Shown here piece by piece: positions 18,265 to 29,013 of a stretch of 41,123 nt of DNA. Under the pieces are notes generated by a model, which saw only the letters and a list, made by a program, of their open reading frames with translations, was not told the origin of the DNA and did not search any database. Source of the stretch: a virus (lineage: Duplodnaviria; Caudoviricetes); the IMG/VR virus record IMGVR_UViG_3300034073_002339, positions 1-41,123 of that record, one strand, 5' to 3'. Each line of letters opens with the position of its first letter. Positions within the stretch are counted from its first letter, which is position 1. A program made the translations under genes and the position numbers.

Positions 18265-19527
18265 ATGTCAAAAGCTAAAACCCTAGCATCACTAGTATCT
18301 CAAGGACAAATCTTAGAAGATGGTACAATAGGTGCTGCCGAAATATCAGATCTTAATACTAATGTTAGGAGTTTATTTAGCTTTACAGCAGGTAGTGGAG
18401 CTTATAATAATAGTACAGGTGTTATAACAATACCTACTAATACTAGTCAACTTACTAATGGTGCTGGATTTATTACTGGCAATCAAAGTATTACAGTATC
18501 TGGTGATGCCACTGGTAGCGGCACAACAACAATATCATTAACACTAGCTAACAGTGGAGCTACAGCAGGTACTTATGGTAGCGCTACTAATATACCACAA
18601 ATAGCTGTAGATAGTAAAGGACGTATTACCAGTGTTAGTAATGTAGCTGTAAGTATACCTAGTGGTTCATTAACATTTACTGGTGATGTTACAGGTAGCG
18701 GTAGTACTGGTAGTAGCACTGCATTAACACTAGCTAACAGTGGGGTTACAGCCGGTACTTATGGTAGTACTACTAATATACCACAAATAGCTGTAGATAG
18801 TAAGGGGCGTATTACTAGTGTTAGTAACGTAGCTGTAAGTATACCTAGTGGTTCATTAACCTTTACTGGTGATGTTACAGGTAGTGGCAGTACTGGTAGT
18901 AGTACTACACTGACACTAGCTAACAGTGGAGCTACAGCAGGTACTTATGGTAGCGCTACTAATATACCACAAATAGCTGTAGACAGTAAAGGACGCATTA
19001 CCAGTGTTAGTAACGTAGCTGTAAGTATACCTAGCGCCAGTATTAGTGTAACCGGTGGCGATTTAACACTTAGTGGAACTACTGGTACAGCAATTACAAA
19101 TGCAACTTTAGCTAATACTGGTGTTACAGCTGGTAGCTATACAAATGCAAATATTACTGTTGATAGTAAAGGACGTATTACTGCAGCAAGTGATGGTACA
19201 GGAGGAGGCGGAGCATCAGGTACTAGAACCGTATCGTATTTTAATGCTGCTGCTAATCAAACAAGTTTTACAATAGTCGGCGGTTATACTACTAATCAAA
19301 TAGATGTTTTTAGAAATGGTGTAAAATTACAACGAACTTCCGACTATACAGATACAAGTGGAACAGCTGTTGTATTAGCTGTTGGCGCAACTGATAATGA
19401 TTTAATAGAGGTAATAGCTTATACAGGTATACCGACTATAGCTAATGTTTACACACAGGCTCAATCAGATGCAAGATATGTTAACAATCAAAAACTATTT
19501 GCTGTAAATTGGATATTTGGAGCTTAA
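18265..19527 (+). CDS. Tail fibre protein (MSKA-type) with tandem 62-aa repeats
   Basis: Three LTLANSG(A/V)TAGTYGS...[19 protein letters not shown] repeats, IDVFRNGV domain, hydrophobic C-terminus AVNWIFGA. Confidence 0.8.
   Translation: MSKAKTLASLVSQGQILEDGTIGAAEISDLNTNVRSLFSFTAGSGAYNNSTGVITIPTNTSQLTNGAGFITGNQSITVSGDATGSGTTTISLTLANSGATAGTYGSATNIPQIAVDSKGRITSVSNVAVSIPSGSLTFTGDVTGSGSTGSSTALTLANSGVTAGTYGSTTNIPQIAVDSKGRITSVSNVAVSIPSGSLTFTGDVTGSGSTGSSTTLTLANSGATAGTYGSATNIPQIAVDSKGRITSVSNVAVSIPSASISVTGGDLTLSGTTGTAITNATLANTGVTAGSYTNANITVDSKGRITAASDGTGGGGASGTRTVSYFNAAANQTSFTIVGGYTTNQIDVFRNGVKLQRTSDYTDTSGTAVVLAVGATDNDLIEVIAYTGIPTIANVYTQAQSDARYVNNQKLFAVNWIFGA
18541..19034 (+). repeat. Tandem 186-bp repeat (about 2.7 copies)
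   Basis: Unit starts ACACTAGCTAACAGTGG at 18541, 18727 and 18913. Confidence 0.92.
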
Positions 19528-19539
19528 AGGACTTATAAG

Positions 19540-19896
19540 ATGGCAAACCCTAATATATTAAGCGTAAATACAATTAGAGGAAAAACTCTATTTGGTGATG
19601 TTACTACATCTGCTACTACCTTTATGACAAATGCAGCAAGTAGTGGAGAACTTATAAAAATTAATTCATTACTAGCTATTAACAGAGGCGGCGATCAAGG
19701 CGATCTAACTATAAAAATATCAAAAAATGGTACGCTATACTTTTTAGCCAATGCAATGACAGTGCCCACCAACTCTAACTTAGTGTTATTAACTAGAGAT
19801 ATGCAGTGGTATCTAGAAGAAAATGACTTTATACAAGCGTTTTGTAGTGTTGCAAATACTATTACTTTAGCATGTTCTTATGAAAGTATATTATAA
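19540..19896 (+). CDS. Small beta-rich structural adaptor (MANPNIL paralog 1)
   Basis: MANPNIL...KINS...YLEE(N/G)D.I...S(Y/W)E pattern shared with 26686. Confidence 0.7.
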   Translation: MANPNILSVNTIRGKTLFGDVTTSATTFMTNAASSGELIKINSLLAINRGGDQGDLTIKISKNGTLYFLANAMTVPTNSNLVLLTRDMQWYLEENDFIQAFCSVANTITLACSYESIL

Positions 19897-22800
19897 TGAA
19901 GCATACCAATAAAGGATATATTGGCAAACCCAAATTAGTTAGTGATGACGGAAAGCACAAAGAAGGTGTTTGGGAAGTTTCTGACGTTTATAAGGGTAGG
20001 TTAAACGACGACAAAGTACTTGTAGCACGCAACATGATGGATAGGGATCCTGAAAGGTGGTATACAAAAGATCAAGATCCTTACTATGATACTGTACGTG
20101 TTCATTTAACGCAACCCGAATATGACCATATAATGCGTGATAGATCACAGTACAATAACTGCGATGATTTAATACTAGACCAAGTTTATAGATATGCTGC
20201 AACATCATTTTTTGGTCCAAGATACAGTCATTGGTCTGCACTATTTGGTGAAAATGGCTACTACAGATTAAATGAAAATAATAGTCAACTTCAGTTTGGT
20301 ACAGACCCATTTACCATAGAATTTTGGATTAAGCGTCACAGAAATGATAATACAAATCATTTTATTATGGGCTTTGGTAATACCGCTGGTACTAGTGGCG
20401 GTACCGGTATGGCTATTTACATTACCTCAAGCAATACTCTAGCCTTTTTAAATGCAAGTACTAGTACTACTATTACTGGATCTACTATACTAGGCATAGA
20501 TGAGTGGATACATATTGCTTGTGTTAGAACAAGTATAAGTGCTAACGGTTTTAAAATATACATAAATGGAGCCCTAGACGCTACAGGTACCTGTGGTAAT
20601 TTTCATCCTACTAATAGTACTAATTTTTATATTGGCAGAGATCGTGTAGCTACACAAGCAACTGGTTTCTGGGGACGCATAACAGACATTAGAATTACTA
20701 AGTCTGCGGTATATAGTGCGGCGTTTACAAAACCTACAACCGCATTAGACATGACCATTCCCAATGTAATTTATCACGATAGTTTAACCAATCGTAGATT
20801 TTATAGTGATTATTCAAATGGTCCTGGTGTTCCAGTTTTGCTCGATAGTAGTCAAACTGTAAAAGTTATAGATAGTCCTTTCTTTACAGAAACTACTAAA
20901 ACTAGTCAAGCACATGGAACCCACAGTGCCTATCTATTAGACAGAAATCGTATACATAAATACCTAGATATAAAACCAGCTAATACTAGTTTGCGCTTAG
21001 GTACAAGTCCCTTTACTATAGAGGGATGGATATATATGGATGAACGAGCCACAAATAATGCAATTTGTGGAAAAGGTACAAGTACAAATGGTTGGGCTTT
21101 TTGGATAGATAGTAGTTTTAGATTAAGATTTACAAGTTTTGCTACTGAACACTATAAAACCGATGCAGTTACAAATAATTACATAGTATATGGTGGCTGG
21201 TATCATGTTGCGGCAGTTAGAGAAGGTACTGGAGCTAATCAATTTAAGTTATACGTAAATGGTAAACTAGAATATACTGGAACTAATGCAGACAATTATA
21301 GTGGTCAAGAACCCCTCTATGTGTTTACGCATCGTGATGGTGGTAGTTATGTAGCTAATGGTTATCAATGTGGCATAAGAATTAGTAGCGTTGCCAGATA
21401 TACTAGTAATTTTGATGTTAGTACAACTACGTTTATTGACAATTCAATGACTAGTGATAATGATGTTCGCTTTTTAACTGCTACTTGTGGCACAACAAAG
21501 CTAATGCCTACTCAAGCCAATTATATAGATTACGGCAAAGCCAGAGTTCCACAATGGCGAAGAGGTAGTGAAGTTCGTTGGGGGCAACATCATCCTACTA
21601 GTAATACTGGATTTAGCTTTACTCAAACAGACACAGCTAGTAGAGTATTTCTAAAATCAAATGTAAATTACCATAGTTGGACTAAGGCAGATAATTATAC
21701 TTGGTCAAAAGTAGATTGCGGCCTTAGACACATGGTTGGTATTCAAAGTGATGGTACACTTTGGACTTGGGGTGAAAATCACTATGGTCAACTAGGCTTA
21801 GGCGATCAAATGACCAGAACTGTTCCTACTAAAGTAGGTACAGATACTAACTGGGCACAATGTAGTGCTGGTTGTTATTTTACAGTTGCTATTAAAACTG
21901 ATGGTACTCTTTGGACCTGGGGATTTAATAACTACGGACAACTAGGACATAATGACGGTATTACTAGACTAGTTCCTAGGCAAGTAGGTACAGCCACTAA
22001 CTGGCGAGAAGCCTGGGCTTTCTTATACTGGGATATACCTTGTGTTGTTGCACTAAAAACTGATAATACCATGTGGGCTTGGGGTAGAAATGCTTGGTCC
22101 GCTTTTAGTAATGGTACTAGCAATAATAGTAGTGTTCCTGTTCAGGGTGGAAATAGTACTGCAGATTGGAGCAAAGTATTTACTGGATGGTACTGTCATC
22201 TTGGTATTAAAACAGATGGTACACTATGGGCTTGGGGTTACAACAGTCAAGGTCAATATGGTGTTGGAAATACTACTTGGGTTAGTAGTGCAATAAACGT
22301 AGGTGGAACCGGTGTTACTTATCTTTGGGCAGCTTGTGGCAGAGAATTTAATCTTGCAATTAAAAGTGATGGTACTTTATGGGGTGCTGGAACAGGCTCT
22401 TGGGGTAGTCTTGGTACAGGTAATGGAACAGGCTACAGTACTTGGACACAAATAGGTAGTGCTAATAATTGGATTAGATGCTGGGCAGCTAGATATACTG
22501 GTTATGCATTAAACAGTGCTGGTGAATTATGGGCCTGGGGTAATCATGATGGTGGTATGATTGGTGATGGTAACTATATACAGCAGTGGAGTCCTGTAAA
22601 AGTAAATACTGGAGTAACAATAGCCAATAACTATGCCACTAAAGGTGGCGAAAATTGGATGTGTTTAGTAGATTCTAATGGCGGCAGGCGTGTAGTTGGT
22701 GGCAACCAATTTGGGCAACTAGGTGTTGTAGGAGACGATAGTGCTTTTAATTGGGGTACCGGAGATTTTAGTCTAGAATTTTGGGTTAGAAGAATCTGGG

Positions 22801-25800
22801 ATCAGGATGCTATAGGTACTGGAGCCCCTACTGGTTATGTATTAATGTCTGCTCAAAAATGGTGGAATGATATTACAAATGGTGATACATTAGCCTGGAG
22901 TATAAAGTGTGTACATAATACCAATTACATAGTTATACATTGTGGCGGAGAAACGGTTTTAGGCGATGAAACTGGTAATGCTCCTGTAACTATAAATAAT
23001 TGGGTTCATTTTTGCTGGCAGCGAACCAATGGCTTTATGTGTTTGTATGCTAATGGTAGAAAAGTTAGTGAAAGATACTATCCACATAAAATAGCTGCAC
23101 AGTGGAATGAAATTACAGCTATGTGCGATACAACTCCATATAGACACGCTACTAGTGGATTGTATGGATTTATGTCTGACATTAGAATAAACAAAGGTAC
23201 AGCTGCTTATAGTAAAAATAACGTTAATCCACCAGAAATAGAAGTACCAAAGAAACCACTAGTACCAGTTACAGGCACTGTTTTTCACACTGCTTGTGGT
23301 CCAATAGCTATGGATTATTCTGGTCAAACTACTTATTTCAATGAAGTACGTAATGATGGCAATCGCGAAATGCAGGATTATTATGCAGGTAATTGGAGTA
23401 GTTATATAGCTAGTAGTGGCCCATACAATGTAAAAGAACTGTTAGAGCATAATGATATTTCAGGTAAAATACGTTCTTATGGAGATACTTGGGATGCTAC
23501 AAATTGGTCAGAATCTAGATCATACTGGCCTACTCCAGCAAACCAATATCCAGAATTTAGCTGGATATCTAGAATGGTTAAACCATGGACTATTGAATTT
23601 TGGTTTTATGGACACCAACACTGGCCCTATAATGGACAACAAACAAATCATAGAAAACTTTATACAGCTACTAGTAGTGGACAAGAAGGTTGGGAAATCT
23701 GGTACGGTAGAAATATGAATGATGCCGCTGGTATAATACCTCAAAAATGGGGCAGTATAATGTTTGGGTTGTGGACTGTAGGTAATGCTACTAGACAAAC
23801 ATTTGGTTCCACTATTGCTAGACCTTATAGAGGACATTCTTGGAATCATTGTGCTGTAGTATTTGATCCTACTAGAACTAATAAAATGGCTATATTCTTA
23901 AATGGTGAACGTGTAGCAGCTCAAACTAGTGCGTTTACCGGAGGACAAAAAACATACAACACTTATTATCTACAAAATGAAACACTTGGACAAGGCGGCA
24001 TACATATTAGTGACGTAGCTAGATACAATAACGATTCTACAACCTACACTATACCAGTCGACGGATGGACGCCAGACAACAATACTATTTCATTAACTAA
24101 TTCAGAAGCACCATATTTTAGTACTAAAACCGGTATGAACCAAATGACTTATGGTATAGTACCAAACTATACTCAGAAAAAATTCGGTCGTGGCAGTTTT
24201 AAGTTTCAAGGATTAGATCAAACCAATGGTATAGGCCCAGATAGGATTCAGTGGAGTAAAAATAATTGGGCTATCTATGAAATAGATATGCGCCAAAAAG
24301 ATATTACTATTGAGTGTTGGGCACAATGGTGGGATCAGCCTATTGGCAGTATTAGTTTTAATGGAAGCCAAGGGTTTAGATTACCTAGTACAGGAACACT
24401 AAATCAAACTGATGGTACTGTAGAATTTTGGATAAAAGCTGCAACTACTCAGCAAGCTAATGCTACAATTATTGATGGAACCACTAATAATACAGGTAGT
24501 TTTATAGGAGTTACTAATGGTAAATTAGTTTGGAGTATAAAACGTGATACACATGCTTTGATTACTAGTAAAACTACAATTACTGATAATCAGTGGCATC
24601 ATATAGTCTGTGTAAAATATCAACAAAGTGGTGTTAGATCAGATGGTTTTCTATATGTAGACGGAAAGCTAGAAGGTAAAAGCGTTGCTTGGGTAGGTAG
24701 TACTACTTGGAACTTCTCAGACGGTCAAATAGGTAGAAGTAGGTATAATACTGGTACAGATGCTGGATATGCTTTTACCGGATTATTATGTAATTTTCAC
24801 TACCATAATAATATTAGTAAATATATGAGTACTTGGAATCGCTTTGGTACGACTAGTACTGAAGGCAGATGGGCTCCTAATACTTACGCTAGTGGTACGT
24901 GGAATCCAATACCAGTAAATTATCAAAATCCTAGTGTATCAGAATTAGACTCTAATGCAGCTGCAAATAGCGCTGGTTTAAATGGTGGAGCAGGTAGCAC
25001 TTATTTAGATTATGAAACTGGAAAGATTCAAGTACCAAAAGGACCAATTCCTAGATTAAATAGTACAGTGTTATTGCTAAACGCAGAAAGTACAACAGGT
25101 GCTCCAGGAGCAGGTGTTACACAGCTTTTAAGCGGTCAAAGTATTGTCTATTATGGTGTAGCAAAAGATGATAGTGGAAATAACTTTGCACTTACAGCCG
25201 CAGGAACATTACCAACACGTAGTACCGAATTACCTTGGTATGGTGGCGGAAGCTGGGAAACTATAGCAGGCAGACCTCTAAAAACTCAAGAAGTAAACTA
25301 TGGTTCTACACTATTTAATTATAGCGGTGGACCACATGTTTGGAGAACTGAAGATGGTTTCTGGGCAATGAGTTATACCAGTGATTTTTTATATGATCAA
25401 ACTTATCCCAGACGAATAACTACCATTAGAAGCAGCATTCGTGCTAAAAATAGATCTGAAGGACCAGATGCATTTCAACATGTTTGTTTGCAAAGAAGTG
25501 CTCATGATTTTATACTGTGGATAGATGGTGTAGAAGCAGGTAGATTTACCATGAGTATGCAAGGAGCCTGGGATCGCCCATATCAAAATGATAATCAATC
25601 GGGCGATTATAGTAATGCATATATACAACTAGGAACTCATAGTAATGGTAGCTGGCAAAGAGGTTGGTGCGGCTACATACATGATTTTAGAGTGTCTATG
25701 ATGGGCCGCTACCAAAGCAATGTTATTAATGGTGTAAGTACTATGTGCCATAGAAACACAGTTATACCAGGCGTTCCAACAGGACCATTTCCAACAAGTA

Positions 25801-25805
25801 AATAA
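19896..25805 (+). CDS. Giant putative receptor-binding protein: about six LamG/concanavalin-like domains plus a 7-repeat RCC1-type propeller
   Basis: Repeated (F/W)TIE(F/G/C)W...W.H...R...NG motifs. Seven DGTLW.WG.N..GQLG-type repeats at about 21702-22739. Confidence 0.85.
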   Translation: MKHTNKGYIGKPKLVSDDGKHKEGVWEVSDVYKGRLNDDKVLVARNMMDRDPERWYTKDQDPYYDTVRVHLTQPEYDHIMRDRSQYNNCDDLILDQVYRYAATSFFGPRYSHWSALFGENGYYRLNENNSQLQFGTDPFTIEFWIKRHRNDNTNHFIMGFGNTAGTSGGTGMAIYITSSNTLAFLNASTSTTITGSTILGIDEWIHIACVRTSISANGFKIYINGALDATGTCGNFHPTNSTNFYIGRDRVATQATGFWGRITDIRITKSAVYSAAFTKPTTALDMTIPNVIYHDSLTNRRFYSDYSNGPGVPVLLDSSQTVKVIDSPFFTETTKTSQAHGTHSAYLLDRNRIHKYLDIKPANTSLRLGTSPFTIEGWIYMDERATNNAICGKGTSTNGWAFWIDSSFRLRFTSFATEHYKTDAVTNNYIVYGGWYHVAAVREGTGANQFKLYVNGKLEYTGTNADNYSGQEPLYVFTHRDGGSYVANGYQCGIRISSVARYTSNFDVSTTTFIDNSMTSDNDVRFLTATCGTTKLMPTQANYIDYGKARVPQWRRGSEVRWGQHHPTSNTGFSFTQTDTASRVFLKSNVNYHSWTKADNYTWSKVDCGLRHMVGIQSDGTLWTWGENHYGQLGLGDQMTRTVPTKVGTDTNWAQCSAGCYFTVAIKTDGTLWTWGFNNYGQLGHNDGITRLVPRQVGTATNWREAWAFLYWDIPCVVALKTDNTMWAWGRNAWSAFSNGTSNNSSVPVQGGNSTADWSKVFTGWYCHLGIKTDGTLWAWGYNSQGQYGVGNTTWVSSAINVGGTGVTYLWAACGREFNLAIKSDGTLWGAGTGSWGSLGTGNGTGYSTWTQIGSANNWIRCWAARYTGYALNSAGELWAWGNHDGGMIGDGNYIQQWSPVKVNTGVTIANNYATKGGENWMCLVDSNGGRRVVGGNQFGQLGVVGDDSAFNWGTGDFSLEFWVRRIWDQDAIGTGAPTGYVLMSAQKWWNDITNGDTLAWSIKCVHNTNYIVIHCGGETVLGDETGNAPVTINNWVHFCWQRTNGFMCLYANGRKVSERYYPHKIAAQWNEITAMCDTTPYRHATSGLYGFMSDIRINKGTAAYSKNNVNPPEIEVPKKPLVPVTGTVFHTACGPIAMDYSGQTTYFNEVRNDGNREMQDYYAGNWSSYIASSGPYNVKELLEHNDISGKIRSYGDTWDATNWSESRSYWPTPANQYPEFSWISRMVKPWTIEFWFYGHQHWPYNGQQTNHRKLYTATSSGQEGWEIWYGRNMNDAAGIIPQKWGSIMFGLWTVGNATRQTFGSTIARPYRGHSWNHCAVVFDPTRTNKMAIFLNGERVAAQTSAFTGGQKTYNTYYLQNETLGQGGIHISDVARYNNDSTTYTIPVDGWTPDNNTISLTNSEAPYFSTKTGMNQMTYGIVPNYTQKKFGRGSFKFQGLDQTNGIGPDRIQWSKNNWAIYEIDMRQKDITIECWAQWWDQPIGSISFNGSQGFRLPSTGTLNQTDGTVEFWIKAATTQQANATIIDGTTNNTGSFIGVTNGKLVWSIKRDTHALITSKTTITDNQWHHIVCVKYQQSGVRSDGFLYVDGKLEGKSVAWVGSTTWNFSDGQIGRSRYNTGTDAGYAFTGLLCNFHYHNNISKYMSTWNRFGTTSTEGRWAPNTYASGTWNPIPVNYQNPSVSELDSNAAANSAGLNGGAGSTYLDYETGKIQVPKGPIPRLNSTVLLLNAESTTGAPGAGVTQLLSGQSIVYYGVAKDDSGNNFALTAAGTLPTRSTELPWYGGGSWETIAGRPLKTQEVNYGSTLFNYSGGPHVWRTEDGFWAMSYTSDFLYDQTYPRRITTIRSSIRAKNRSEGPDAFQHVCLQRSAHDFILWIDGVEAGRFTMSMQGAWDRPYQNDNQSGDYSNAYIQLGTHSNGSWQRGWCGYIHDFRVSMMGRYQSNVINGVSTMCHRNTVIPGVPTGPFPTSK

Positions 25806-25806
25806 T

Positions 25807-26226
25807 ATGAAAAATATTTTTCCACTTAATCCCGCAGATCAAACTACCGTAGATTATCACGGTAGTTTGTATACCTATTATGATATAGATAGAACCTGGT
25901 ATATAACAGGTTCTTGGCCTGGCGAGGTAGATCCAGTAAAATTTTTTAGAGCAACTACTGTGGCTAACGGCAATAAATTTATAGAGTTTATTACCACATA
26001 CAATGATTATACAATATTGCAAAAATGGCAAAATATAGAAAGTATGGTAGATGCCAGAATCAATAATATACAAAAGGTAATTAATGAATATGATAGTATG
26101 CCTGAAGATGTAAAACTTATGTCAACACAACATATAAGTTATTTAAACGATTTGATTGCTCAACATAGAGCTGTATTAAATCAATCAGATCCCGATAATA
26201 TAAGCTGGCCGCCAGAAATAGTATAG
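25807..26226 (+). CDS. Hypothetical protein, possible tail fibre assembly chaperone
   Basis: Follows the giant adhesin. C-terminal PDNISWP resembles the ends of tail-fibre assembly proteins. Confidence 0.55.
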   Translation: MKNIFPLNPADQTTVDYHGSLYTYYDIDRTWYITGSWPGEVDPVKFFRATTVANGNKFIEFITTYNDYTILQKWQNIESMVDARINNIQKVINEYDSMPEDVKLMSTQHISYLNDLIAQHRAVLNQSDPDNISWPPEIV

Positions 26227-26234
26227 GAGAATGT

Positions 26235-26456
26235 ATGAGTAAGGCAACCACACTATCATCAATTGTATCTGATGGTAAACCACTAGCAGATGCCGTACTA
26301 TCGGCAGCTGAAGTTCCAGGATTAGCAACTGTTGCTAGCACAGGTAGTTATAATGACCTAATAAACAAGCCTACTGCTGATCAAATTACTGAGGGGGTCA
26401 ATAAATTTTATAGACCGGGTTTACAATTAGCTTATTCATTAATTTTTAGGGCATAA
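26235..26456 (+). CDS. Miniature MSKA-type fibre/adaptor
   Basis: AGGAG RBS. N-terminus paralogous to 18265. LATVASTGSYNDL repeat. C-terminus AYSLIFRA. Confidence 0.7.
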   Translation: MSKATTLSSIVSDGKPLADAVLSAAEVPGLATVASTGSYNDLINKPTADQITEGVNKFYRPGLQLAYSLIFRA

Positions 26457-26459
26457 ACG

Positions 26460-26684
26460 ATGTCAAAAGCGGAAATATTATCAAAACTAGTAGCCCTTAA
26501 TGGACCACTTAATGATAATCAAATTACTACATCTGATATAACAAACTTAGCTACAGTTGCAACTACTGGTAGCTATACAGATTTATCTAATCAGCTTACA
26601 ACAGATACTTTAGCAGAAGGAAGCACATTTAAATATGCTTCTAAAATTAAACAAGTTGCACTGATTCATATTATAAGAGGATAA
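26460..26684 (+). CDS. Miniature MSKA-type fibre/adaptor
   Basis: Tandem paralog of 26235 (LATVATTGSYTDL, TxxxxEG...Y, ALIHIIRG). Confidence 0.7.
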   Translation: MSKAEILSKLVALNGPLNDNQITTSDITNLATVATTGSYTDLSNQLTTDTLAEGSTFKYASKIKQVALIHIIRG

Positions 26685-26685
26685 A

Positions 26686-27048
26686 ATGGCAAATCCTAAT
26701 ATTTTAAATGTTACTAGTTTATATGGAAAATCTACTGGTTTATTATTAACTACTAGTACTCAAGATATAGTAACAGCTACAACAAATAAAGTTTTTAAAA
26801 TAAACAGTATATTTGGAACTAATGTAACTAGTGATAATAGTAATACATCTCTTACAGTTATATTTTATGATTCTAGTACCGGGACATCATCAGAATTATG
26901 CTCTTTAAGCGTAATTCCTGCATATAACACTTTAGTAGCCCTTGATAAAGATAGTAGCATATATCTAGAAGAAGGCGATAAAATTCAAGCTAGAGCAGAT
27001 AAAGCAAATGCTATTAAATTAACTATAAGTTGGGAGGAAATATCTTAA
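26686..27048 (+). CDS. Small beta-rich structural adaptor (MANPNIL paralog 2)
   Basis: Paralog of 19540. GAGG RBS. Confidence 0.7.
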   Translation: MANPNILNVTSLYGKSTGLLLTTSTQDIVTATTNKVFKINSIFGTNVTSDNSNTSLTVIFYDSSTGTSSELCSLSVIPAYNTLVALDKDSSIYLEEGDKIQARADKANAIKLTISWEEIS

Positions 27049-27049
27049 T

Positions 27050-28363
27050 ATGGGATTTCCTGCTAATACTTTAAGTAGAGTATATACTAAATATACTAAA
27101 CATCCGAAAACTTTAAATTTTAAGCGAAAGGCAGTACAAGCGCAATTATGGCCAAATAATTCTACAATAGCATTAGGTAGAACTGTTTTATTTTCTGGTA
27201 CAATTGTTGCGGTATCTGGTATTTGGATACTCCAATTTACTCCTTGTAAAGCATTTGGCGGAAATTATAATTATACTTATAGTATTAGTCCTGCTTTACC
27301 TAGCGGAATAACTATCAATAGCCGTACAGGAGTAGTATCTGGCATGTCGACAACAGTTACAGCTAATACAACGTATACCGTAACTGTTACGTCCGGAGCT
27401 TCTACAGTTACTAGTACTTTTATTTTAGGTGTAACAAATTTATATACTGTAAATGCAGATGTACTTGTAGTAGGTGGAGGCGGCGGTGGCGCTTCTAATC
27501 AAAATGCTTTTGCTGGGGCTGGAGGTGGAGGAGCCGGTGGATATTACTATGCAACACACACGCTTAGTTTTCCAGATAGCACTCAGGGTTCTGGATACTT
27601 AATAACTGTTGGTGCAGGTGGAGCAGGAGGTATAAATCAAGATAGTGGATTTAGAGGAAGTCCAAGCTCCATATATAAACTAAATAATCTTGATATATCA
27701 CGAGCTGGGGGCGGTGGCGGTGTCTGGTCCTCTTTAAGCGATGAAAGAAATGGAGCTAGTGGTGGTGGGGCTCCAGCAGGACAATTTGGTTGGTGGGGTA
27801 CAAGTGCTGGATCAGATAAAATAGGTTATGGAATTTATCCTGGTTCTCCTTATATAGACGCTCCTAGACAAGGATACAATGGTGGCGTTGGTGGCAATGG
27901 CAGTAACTGGGCTGGAGCAGGTGGTGGAGGTGGATCTACAGGACTTGGTGGAGATTATTTTGGTGCTAGCGGAAATATAGGTGGTCCAGGCACAACATGT
28001 AGTGATCAAAATATAAGTGCTGCAACTAATACAGGATATTCAAACGCTTATGCTGGTGGTGGGGGTGGTGGGCAAGCTGGTGGTAATGGACAAGGAGAAG
28101 GCGGAACTGGGGCGGCTGGTGGTGGTCGCGGAGGCAGCTCAAACACACTAGAGACTAGAACCGCATTGCCGCGAACTGGAAGTGGAGGAGGTGGAGGTGG
28201 AAGCGCCAACTATGGTTATGCGCAGGGAGGTGCTGGTGGTAGTGGGGTAGTTATAGTAAGTTATCCTGGCGGACAAACGCTAAATGGCGGAACAGTTTAT
28301 AGTTATAGTGGTAAAACATATCATGTATTTACAACTTCTGGTCAATATTTAACTCGTCTTTAA
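27050..28363 (+). CDS. Glycine-rich adhesin-like protein with putative Ig domain
   Basis: YSISPALPSGITINSRTGVVSG (putative Ig / He_PIG-like). DVLVVGGGGGG...GGSGVVIVSY Gly-rich domain. Confidence 0.75.
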   Translation: MGFPANTLSRVYTKYTKHPKTLNFKRKAVQAQLWPNNSTIALGRTVLFSGTIVAVSGIWILQFTPCKAFGGNYNYTYSISPALPSGITINSRTGVVSGMSTTVTANTTYTVTVTSGASTVTSTFILGVTNLYTVNADVLVVGGGGGGASNQNAFAGAGGGGAGGYYYATHTLSFPDSTQGSGYLITVGAGGAGGINQDSGFRGSPSSIYKLNNLDISRAGGGGGVWSSLSDERNGASGGGAPAGQFGWWGTSAGSDKIGYGIYPGSPYIDAPRQGYNGGVGGNGSNWAGAGGGGGSTGLGGDYFGASGNIGGPGTTCSDQNISAATNTGYSNAYAGGGGGGQAGGNGQGEGGTGAAGGGRGGSSNTLETRTALPRTGSGGGGGGSANYGYAQGGAGGSGVVIVSYPGGQTLNGGTVYSYSGKTYHVFTTSGQYLTRL

Positions 28364-28367
28364 TATT

Positions 28368-28937
28368 ATGGCACATTATGCACTTTTAGATAATAATAAT
28401 AAAGTAACACAAGTGATTGTAGGTATTGATGAAACCGAAAATCCTAATGCAGAAGAATTTTATTCTAATATTTACGGTGTACCAGTAAAAAGAACAAGCT
28501 ATAATACTTATGCAAATAGTCATATCAGCTCTGGTACACCTTTTAGAAAAAATTTTGCTAGTCCTGGATTCTTTTATAATGCTGAACTAGATGCATTTAT
28601 TCCGCCAAAGCCTTTTCCAAGTTGGCTATTAGATACCGAAAAAGGAATGTGGTACCCACCAGTACCTTATCCTTCACTAGAATATAATGAAGATAATGTT
28701 GTTGATAATCTGAATGCTACTTATGTTGAAGCCACGAAAATAACTCCAGATTCAGAATATAGGCCTTCTAGTTATAATCACGCTTCAAAAATACATCAAC
28801 AAAAATTTTTACCAGAAATACTAATTTCGGAAAAGATTAAGCAAGAAGCTTTGACTGCTGTAGAATCAATACCAGCAATGTATGTGTGGAATGAAAGCAT
28901 ACAAAATTGGTCAAAAATATCCCCTCCCACAGAATAG
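28368..28937 (+). CDS. MAH-type paralog 2 with about 70-aa insertion
   Basis: MAHYALLD...TSYNT...RKNFA...DAFIPPKPFPSW. Confidence 0.7.
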   Translation: MAHYALLDNNNKVTQVIVGIDETENPNAEEFYSNIYGVPVKRTSYNTYANSHISSGTPFRKNFASPGFFYNAELDAFIPPKPFPSWLLDTEKGMWYPPVPYPSLEYNEDNVVDNLNATYVEATKITPDSEYRPSSYNHASKIHQQKFLPEILISEKIKQEALTAVESIPAMYVWNESIQNWSKISPPTE

Positions 28938-29013
28938 TATTATAAAATATACTGTTCTATAAGATGCTGGTCAAATCATATATCCAGCGTAAATTATTTT
29001 AAAGGAAAAATAA

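Noticed and set aside
18541-19034. CRISPR-like array
   Set aside because: The repeats are 186-bp in-frame coding units with no unique spacers.
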